A stretch of DNA of 31,803 nt, taken from a virus. Its lineage: Duplodnaviria > Caudoviricetes. The position numbers and the translations under genes were made by a program. The stretch covers positions 1 to 31,803 of IMG/VR virus record IMGVR_UViG_3300020016_000031; one strand, given 5' to 3'. Positions 26,634 through 31,803 of this stretch are shown here, piece by piece (position 1 is the first letter of the stretch; each line of letters opens with the position of its first letter). The notes below the pieces were generated by a model. That model saw nothing but the letters and a program-made list of their open reading frames with translations. It was not told the DNA's origin and did not search any database.

Positions 26634-27279
26634 GCTGATCCGCGAGGAGGAGCAGAAGCGCAGCGAAGATCCCAATATTCACGAGGCGGATCGCGCACTC
26701 CTCTTCAAGGAGAAGGTCGAGCTCGTCTGGCCGCAGTACATCACGCCCGTCGGCGTGGGTTCGGTGACCATATTCTCGATCATCATGGCGAACCGGCTGG
26801 CCTCGAAGGAGGCTGCTGCGCTCGCCGCCATGTACACGTTGTCCGAAAGGGCGTTCAGCGAGTACAAGGAAAAGGTCGTCGAGAGGATCGGCGAGAACAA
26901 GGAGCGGGGCTTCCGCGACGAGATCGCTCAGGATCGGATGAACGCAAATCCGGTCGTGGCGAAGGAAGTCATCATCACCGGCAACGGTGACGTGCTCTTT
27001 CTCGATCTGCTCTCGGGACGATATTTCGAGAGCACCATCGAGAAGGTCCGGCAGGCCGAGAACGCTGTCAACTTCGAGATCGTCAACAGCATGTCGTCGA
27101 CGCTCAGTTATTTCTACGACTTGCTCGGTCTCCCGGCCAACCAGATGTCAGACATCATGGGCTGGAACATCAACAACCGGCTCGACGTGAAGTTCTCGGC
27201 GCAGATGTCCTCGGACAATCGCCCCTGCATCGCGATCGACTTCACGTACCCGATCTACGACTACGACAAGCTCTACTGA
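26494..27279 (+). CDS. Conserved phage membrane-anchored protein (DUF6353-like), paralog 1
   Basis: GTG 26494 after CAGAAAGG; LLTGIGVVG..AAMY..F.EYKEKV..G pattern shared with 29441-30361. Confidence 0.7.
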   Translation: MNFVSDLVDRSVKLMSQNSTGLLTGIGVVGTISTAILTGRATFKAAELIREEEQKRSEDPNIHEADRALLFKEKVELVWPQYITPVGVGSVTIFSIIMANRLASKEAAALAAMYTLSERAFSEYKEKVVERIGENKERGFRDEIAQDRMNANPVVAKEVIITGNGDVLFLDLLSGRYFESTIEKVRQAENAVNFEIVNSMSSTLSYFYDLLGLPANQMSDIMGWNINNRLDVKFSAQMSSDNRPCIAIDFTYPIYDYDKLY

Positions 27280-27431
27280 TGGAACCGACTCGTACGGATA
27301 TCCAGCACCTCAGCAAGGCAATCAATCGGCTCGCCGCCGTCCTCGAGGCCATGCACAATCTTGAGGTGAAGAAGCAAACGGACGAGGACGTGCCCAAGTA
27401 CAGCCGGTATATCCCCGGTAGGGCGCCGTGA
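27279..27431 (+). CDS. 50-aa hypothetical protein (absent from the ORF track)
   Basis: TGATG coupling upstream and GTGA coupling downstream; MEPTRTDIQHLSKAINRLAAVLEAM... Confidence 0.55.
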   Translation: MEPTRTDIQHLSKAINRLAAVLEAMHNLEVKKQTDEDVPKYSRYIPGRAP

Positions 27432-27643
27432 AACTCGCAGTCATGCGCTTCCTTGCGCGCCGAGAGACTTCGGTGTTCAAGGAGGCGCTATGCGACAACT
27501 GCAGCTGGAGCATAAACAGCAGGCAGACGTCGAATCCCAACTACGTCGGCCAACGTGCCCGCGAGCACACACAGGAATACGGGCACTACGTCGAAGTCGT
27601 TTCGACGCGCACCACAACGTATATCCCGATGCCTAAGGAGTGA
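27428..27643 (+). CDS. Small putative zinc-binding protein
   Basis: CDNC..H-x5-H (AREHTQEYGH). Confidence 0.55.
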   Translation: MKLAVMRFLARRETSVFKEALCDNCSWSINSRQTSNPNYVGQRAREHTQEYGHYVEVVSTRTTTYIPMPKE

Positions 27644-27644
27644 A

Positions 27645-28181
27645 GTGCTCAAGCAGACGCTTACGTACGTCGATTTCGACGAGCAGGAGCAGACGGAGGA
27701 TTTCTACTTCCATCTGTCTGTGCCGGACATCGTCGAGATGAACATGATCTACGACGAGGGCATCGAACAGGTGCTTCAAGCACTGGCGGTCGCCAAGGAC
27801 GGCGCGGCGATCATGGCGAACTTCAAGAAGATCATCGGCATGACGATCGGCAAGAAGTCCGCGAACGGCAAGGCGTTCCTCAAGAATGACGAGATCCGTG
27901 AGGAGTTCTTCGGATCTCCGGCCTTCGACGTCCTGTTCGAGAAGCTCGTTCTCGATGCCGATTTCGCGGCGGAGTTCGTCAAGGGCGTCGTGCCGTCGAA
28001 GGTGCGCGAAGAAGCCGCCAAGGCGCTCGAGGTGGCGAAGACGAAATCGGAGGCCGCCGATCTCGAGAAGCCCGCACCGCGCATCATCTCGAAGGCGGAG
28101 TTCGAGAACATGCCGCGCAGCGAGATGGCTGACCTGGCCGAGAAGATCGCCATCGGCGAGGTCGTGGTGAACGTGGACTAG
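27645..28181 (+). CDS. Conserved hypothetical phage protein
   Basis: GTG 27645 after AAGGAG; MLKQTLTYVDFD..TEDFYFHLS pattern recalled from related phages. Confidence 0.7.
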   Translation: MLKQTLTYVDFDEQEQTEDFYFHLSVPDIVEMNMIYDEGIEQVLQALAVAKDGAAIMANFKKIIGMTIGKKSANGKAFLKNDEIREEFFGSPAFDVLFEKLVLDADFAAEFVKGVVPSKVREEAAKALEVAKTKSEAADLEKPAPRIISKAEFENMPRSEMADLAEKIAIGEVVVNVD

Positions 28182-28195
28182 TGGGACGGGGTGTC

Positions 28196-28224
28196 TCGCG
28201 TCAAAAACATGGCTCTAGATGAGA
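28196..28224 (+). promoter_or_regulatory. Repeated promoter-like motif, copy 6
   Basis: TCGCG-TCA-AAAAC-ATGG-CT-CTAGAT-GAGA; 19 nt identical to copy 4. Confidence 0.78.
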
Positions 28225-28257
28225 GATACCCCCAACACTATTTTTAGGAGCCCCCCT

Positions 28258-28554
28258 ATGTCCGCCATGTCCAACCAGATGGATACGCCCACGATTTTCA
28301 AGAAGGGCGCGCACATGTTGGTGGCTTTGTACACCGCTTCGATCATTCGAAACGAGCTGTCCGAACATACTGATATCGACACTGACACCCCCACCTGTCA
28401 GGTCGGATGCTTTATCGTCGGCCACCTCGTCGCGAACCAGACCGACAAGGTTACAAACCCGCCAATTGACGCCGCCGCATCTTGGATCAAGGCCAAGAAG
28501 TCCGCCAGGAAGGCCAACAAGGCTGCAAAGAAGCTTGCAAAAGAGCCGAAGTAA
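28258..28554 (+). CDS. Small hypothetical protein in an isolated cassette
   Basis: TAGGAG RBS, ATG 28258; Lys/Ala-rich C-terminus. Confidence 0.65.
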   Translation: MSAMSNQMDTPTIFKKGAHMLVALYTASIIRNELSEHTDIDTDTPTCQVGCFIVGHLVANQTDKVTNPPIDAAASWIKAKKSARKANKAAKKLAKEPK

Positions 28555-28560
28555 TCACTC

Positions 28561-28591
28561 ACCTGAATCCAAACATGGATTCAGGTTTTTT
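28561..28591 (+). terminator. Terminator-like hairpin (type B)
   Basis: ACCTGAATCCA-AACA-TGGATTCAGGT-TTTTT. Confidence 0.75.
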
Positions 28592-28614
28592 CTTCTCAAA
28601 CACAAAGGACCAAC

Positions 28615-29262
28615 ATGACAGAATTTCCCGGGAACTCCCACATCGACAAGGAAGGTGAGAAGCCCAAGGAGCCCGAAACTCCGCCGGAAAAGAAGGTCGA
28701 GCAGATCACGCAGGAGTCGGCCAAACGGCGCAAGAAGCCCCTGGGCAAGCGGTTCTCCGGGATGTTCTTCGGCGGTGACGCCAAGACGGCGGGCAGCTAC
28801 GTGCTGTTCGAGGTGATGCTCCCGGCAGCGAAGGACATGCTCGTCGAGGGCGGCTCCCAGATCATCGAGCGCATGATCTACGGCGACTCGCGGCGAACGG
28901 GCCGTAGGCGTGCCGGATCGACGACGCCCGTCTCCGGCGAGCGCGGCTACGTCAGCTACAACCGCTACTCCCAACCGCAGCAGGAGCCGCCGATCGCGAT
29001 GAGCAGGCGGGCTCGAGCGCAGCATGATTTCGACGAGATCGTGCTCGAGACGCGGCCCGAGGCGGAGGCCGTGATGGACCAGATGTACGAGTTCCTCTCG
29101 CGCTACAACGTCGTGCTGGTGGCGGACCTGTACGGCATGGTCGGGATCACGGCTACCCACGTCGACAACAAGTGGGGCTGGACCGATCTGCGCGGAACCG
29201 GCGTGTCCCGCATCCGAGGTGGCGGCTACCTCCTCGATCTGCCGGAGCCCAAGTCCCTCTAA
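28615..29262 (+). CDS. Conserved hypothetical phage protein
   Basis: AAAGGA RBS; ADLYGMVG..DNKWGWTDL..LDLPEP motif. Confidence 0.7.
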   Translation: MTEFPGNSHIDKEGEKPKEPETPPEKKVEQITQESAKRRKKPLGKRFSGMFFGGDAKTAGSYVLFEVMLPAAKDMLVEGGSQIIERMIYGDSRRTGRRRAGSTTPVSGERGYVSYNRYSQPQQEPPIAMSRRARAQHDFDEIVLETRPEAEAVMDQMYEFLSRYNVVLVADLYGMVGITATHVDNKWGWTDLRGTGVSRIRGGGYLLDLPEPKSL

Positions 29263-29274
29263 CGCCTATGCATC

Positions 29275-29457
29275 ATGAACGATGCACAGAGGAGGGCCTT
29301 CGTAGCCGGGTTGTATAGGGGTCCAAGATGGCAGCGGCGGGTATCTCTCATGTCCGACGCTCAGGTGTATGCCATCTACATGGCTAAGCAGAAGTACGAC
29401 GAAGAACACAAACTCGAACAGAAGGAAGAGAAAAAAGACGATGACATTCCTTTCTGA
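29275..29457 (+). CDS. Small conserved hypothetical protein
   Basis: Y.GPRW..RV..MSDAQVYAIY; DDDIPF C-terminus. Confidence 0.6.
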   Translation: MNDAQRRAFVAGLYRGPRWQRRVSLMSDAQVYAIYMAKQKYDEEHKLEQKEEKKDDDIPF

Positions 29458-30361
29458 AGGACTGAAAGGGTTGATGGGATCCAAATCCCTGACCCTTCAG
29501 GAGAACGCACCGAACATCTTGTTCGGAGTCGGCGTTCTCAGCATGATCGGCAGCACGATCTTGGCCTGCCGCTCGACGCTGAAGCTCGAATCAGTCCTTG
29601 AGGAAGGACAGAAGAAGATCGCCGAGGTCAAGGCTGCGGAGATCAATGAGAAGTACAGCGAGCGCGATCAGAAGCAGGACATCTCCGTCCTCTACCTGCG
29701 CACCGCGGGCAACGTGCTCAAGCTCTACGCCCCGGCAATCCTGCTCGGCGGGTGCGGTGTCGCATCCCTCAGCAAGTCGCACAACATCCTGCTGCAGCGC
29801 AACGCCGCCCTGATCGCCGCGTACAACGCAGTCGATCTCGCGTTCAAGCAGTACCGCTCCCGTGTCAAGGAGCGTTACGGCGAGGACGTCGATCGCGAGA
29901 TGCGCTACGGATCCGAGAAGGTCGAGATCACCAACCCGGATACCGGGCGCAAGCAGAACGTCAAGCGGGTCGGGCCGGACACGCCCTCGATGTACGCGTG
30001 CTTCTTCGACCAGATCAATTCCTCGTCGTGGTCGAAACACCCGGAGTCGAACTGGATCTTCCTGCGCAACAAGCAGCGCTACCTGAACGAGCTGCTGATC
30101 GCCAGGGGGCATCTGTTCCTGAACGAGGCCTACCGCGAGCTCGGGCTACCCAACACGCAGGCTGGTGCGATCGTCGGCTGGCGCATGGAGGAGGGTGTCG
30201 GCGACCACTTCGTCGATCTCGGGCTCTTCCGTGACGACGAGAAGATCAACGAGTTCCTGAGCGGACGCCAGGGCGCGATCCTGCTCGACTTCAACGTCGA
30301 CGGCGTGATCTTCGACAAGCTCGACACGCCTCCGCCGCCGCTCCGGTGGCAGGAGGACTGA
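29441..30361 (+). CDS. Conserved phage membrane-anchored protein (DUF6353-like), paralog 2
   Basis: ATG 29441; APNILFGVGV..AAYNAVD..YRSRV..GHLFLNEAY..LDFNVDG. Confidence 0.72.
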   Translation: MTFLSEGLKGLMGSKSLTLQENAPNILFGVGVLSMIGSTILACRSTLKLESVLEEGQKKIAEVKAAEINEKYSERDQKQDISVLYLRTAGNVLKLYAPAILLGGCGVASLSKSHNILLQRNAALIAAYNAVDLAFKQYRSRVKERYGEDVDREMRYGSEKVEITNPDTGRKQNVKRVGPDTPSMYACFFDQINSSSWSKHPESNWIFLRNKQRYLNELLIARGHLFLNEAYRELGLPNTQAGAIVGWRMEEGVGDHFVDLGLFRDDEKINEFLSGRQGAILLDFNVDGVIFDKLDTPPPPLRWQED

Positions 30362-30364
30362 GTC

Positions 30365-31090
30365 ATGGACGAAGAGGAGATCCTGGAAGACGGGACTTCG
30401 TTCGCGAGTGGTCTCGTGCTCGGGTTGGGTGTCGGTCTCCTGATCGGCACCGCGGTGGGCCTGTTCGCAGGGCGGGCTCGCTACAAGCTGAAGTACGAGA
30501 AGATGGCAGAGGAGGAAATCGCAGAAATGCGGACCTTCTTTCAAGGACGAGAGAAAGCCATCGAAGCACAGTTCAAGGCCCCGCTCGAAGAAGTCATGGA
30601 CTACATGGGGTACAAGAAGGCCGAGGACCAGCCGGACCAATCGATCGAGGAACACCTGGCGGTTCAGGAGTCGATCGCCCAGAACGTCTTCGACACAGCA
30701 ACTGACCATACGTGGGACTACGCGGCCGAGACGAAGCTTCGTGCTGCGAATCCCGGTCGGCCGTTCGTCATCCATCTGGACGAGTACGGAGACGAAGGCG
30801 GTTACACCACAGTCGTATACACGTACTATGAAGAGGACGAAATCCTCTCAGATGAACGTGATGAGGTTGTGGATAACGTCGACGAACTCGTCGGGCTGGA
30901 AAATCTCAATCGATTTGGCCACGGTACAGACAACGCGAACATCCTCCTGGTCAGAAACGAGGCGCTTGAAGTAGACATCGAGATCACCAAGTCGAACGGC
31001 AGCTACGCCGCCGACGTGCACGGCTTCCTGCAGCACAACTACGCCGTCGAGAAGATGCCCAAACGACATGAGCGGTTCGATGACGACTAA
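30365..31090 (+). CDS. Membrane-anchored acidic hypothetical protein
   Basis: GGAGG RBS; Gly-rich TM segment GLVLGLGVGLLIGTAVGLF; acidic C-terminal domain. Confidence 0.7.
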   Translation: MDEEEILEDGTSFASGLVLGLGVGLLIGTAVGLFAGRARYKLKYEKMAEEEIAEMRTFFQGREKAIEAQFKAPLEEVMDYMGYKKAEDQPDQSIEEHLAVQESIAQNVFDTATDHTWDYAAETKLRAANPGRPFVIHLDEYGDEGGYTTVVYTYYEEDEILSDERDEVVDNVDELVGLENLNRFGHGTDNANILLVRNEALEVDIEITKSNGSYAADVHGFLQHNYAVEKMPKRHERFDDD

Positions 31091-31703
31091 TCCTTACGTC
31101 GACGAAGCCGTTGTCCGGCGTCTGGAGGAGATGTATTTCGTCTGGCTCAAACTCCAGATCAACTTCAACTACCGGCGCGTCCGGAACAGCAATGCGCCGC
31201 AGTTCACCATGCTGACGATGGCTATGTGGGAGAAGCCATTTCCATGGGTCGTGCCATATGACGAGAACCGGATCCAGGACGGTTTCGAACTGCGCTATCA
31301 CTTCCTGCAGGACGAGAACTACGCGTTGTCGTTCCGGGAGCTGCAGGATCTATACGGTGAGAAGATCCTGATCGCCAGCATCTCCGAGTTCCGCGCGAGG
31401 CCCTGTCGCATTCTCGAAGTGCTGATCGCTCTCTCCCGTCGCCTGGAGTTCATGGAAGGGAGCGATGCTGGTTGGTGGGCGTGGAAGTTGATCACCAACC
31501 TCGAACTCCACAAGATGAAGGATCCCATATCTCGCGTGAAGAAGCGCAGATTGGACGAAGCACTCGATGCGCTGGTCTGGAGGACCTACGATCGCGATGG
31601 CTCGGGCGGGTTCTTCCCACTGGCCCATCCCGAGGATGATCAACGCAAGATCGAGATCTGGTATCAGATGGCGGCCTACCTCGCGGAGTTCGGCCATCCC
31701 TAA
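31080..31703 (+). CDS. Conserved hypothetical phage protein
   Basis: DENRIQDG..LR..LEVLIALSRR..GGFFPL..EIWYQM pattern. Confidence 0.7.
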   Translation: MTTNPYVDEAVVRRLEEMYFVWLKLQINFNYRRVRNSNAPQFTMLTMAMWEKPFPWVVPYDENRIQDGFELRYHFLQDENYALSFRELQDLYGEKILIASISEFRARPCRILEVLIALSRRLEFMEGSDAGWWAWKLITNLELHKMKDPISRVKKRRLDEALDALVWRTYDRDGSGGFFPLAHPEDDQRKIEIWYQMAAYLAEFGHP

Positions 31704-31721
31704 AACAAGAGAGGAGGTGCG

Positions 31722-31803
31722 ATGGATTTCTATCAGATCCGAGTCAAGGAGACAAAGACCGGTTGGGAGCTGTATCCCGACTTCAAGGTCGGCCGTTCCA
31801 AGG
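31722..31803 (+). CDS. 5' end of a probable primase/replication protein (truncated by the window)
   Basis: GAGGAGG RBS; MDFYQIRVKETKTGWELYPDFKVGRSK resembles N-termini recalled from related phage primase-polymerase genes; only 27 codons visible. Confidence 0.45.
   Translation, partial: MDFYQIRVKETKTGWELYPDFKVGRSK

Noticed and set aside
24187-28224. Repeats considered as a CRISPR array or integron attC sites
   Set aside because: Repeats are degenerate, 300 to over 2000 bp apart and separated by whole genes; no cas or integrase gene in the window
1-31803. tRNA/rRNA genes, integrase, repressor or transposase
   Set aside because: None recognised by eye; intergenic spaces are short and largely accounted for. 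A tRNAscan/Infernal run would be needed to exclude RNA genes formally

Overview
The window is about 32 kb from a GC-rich tailed (siphovirus-type) bacteriophage, probably the left part of the genome. The host is probably actinobacterial. Gene content and order resemble the ReqiPepy6/Poco6, Lactococcus 1706, Arthrobacter AU/AM and Streptomyces BI type phages; this is from recall, not a search. All credible genes are on the + strand. Order: HNH endonuclease, NlpC/P60 lysin, head-tail adaptor, a 2H-phosphoesterase/HxGxKGMKWG fusion, large terminase, portal, fused prohead protease-major capsid, head/tail joining genes, two paralogous major-tail-type genes, a double-LamG fibre, tape measure, distal/minor tail, membrane proteins and holin (to about 24.2 kb). 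An array of small-gene cassettes follows, delimited by a repeated TCGCG-N3-AAAAC-WYGG-N2-(-10 box) promoter-like motif and conserved hairpins. Conserved early genes come next, and the window ends in the start of a probable primase/replication gene. Most notable: (1) the modular promoter/hairpin cassette array; (2) an Acb1-like 2H phosphoesterase fused to a motif shared with head-module proteins, with recurrent L-x-H motifs suggesting a protease-processed capsid cargo system; (3) a strand-biased ATAT(T/C) motif that coincides with otherwise rare codons.
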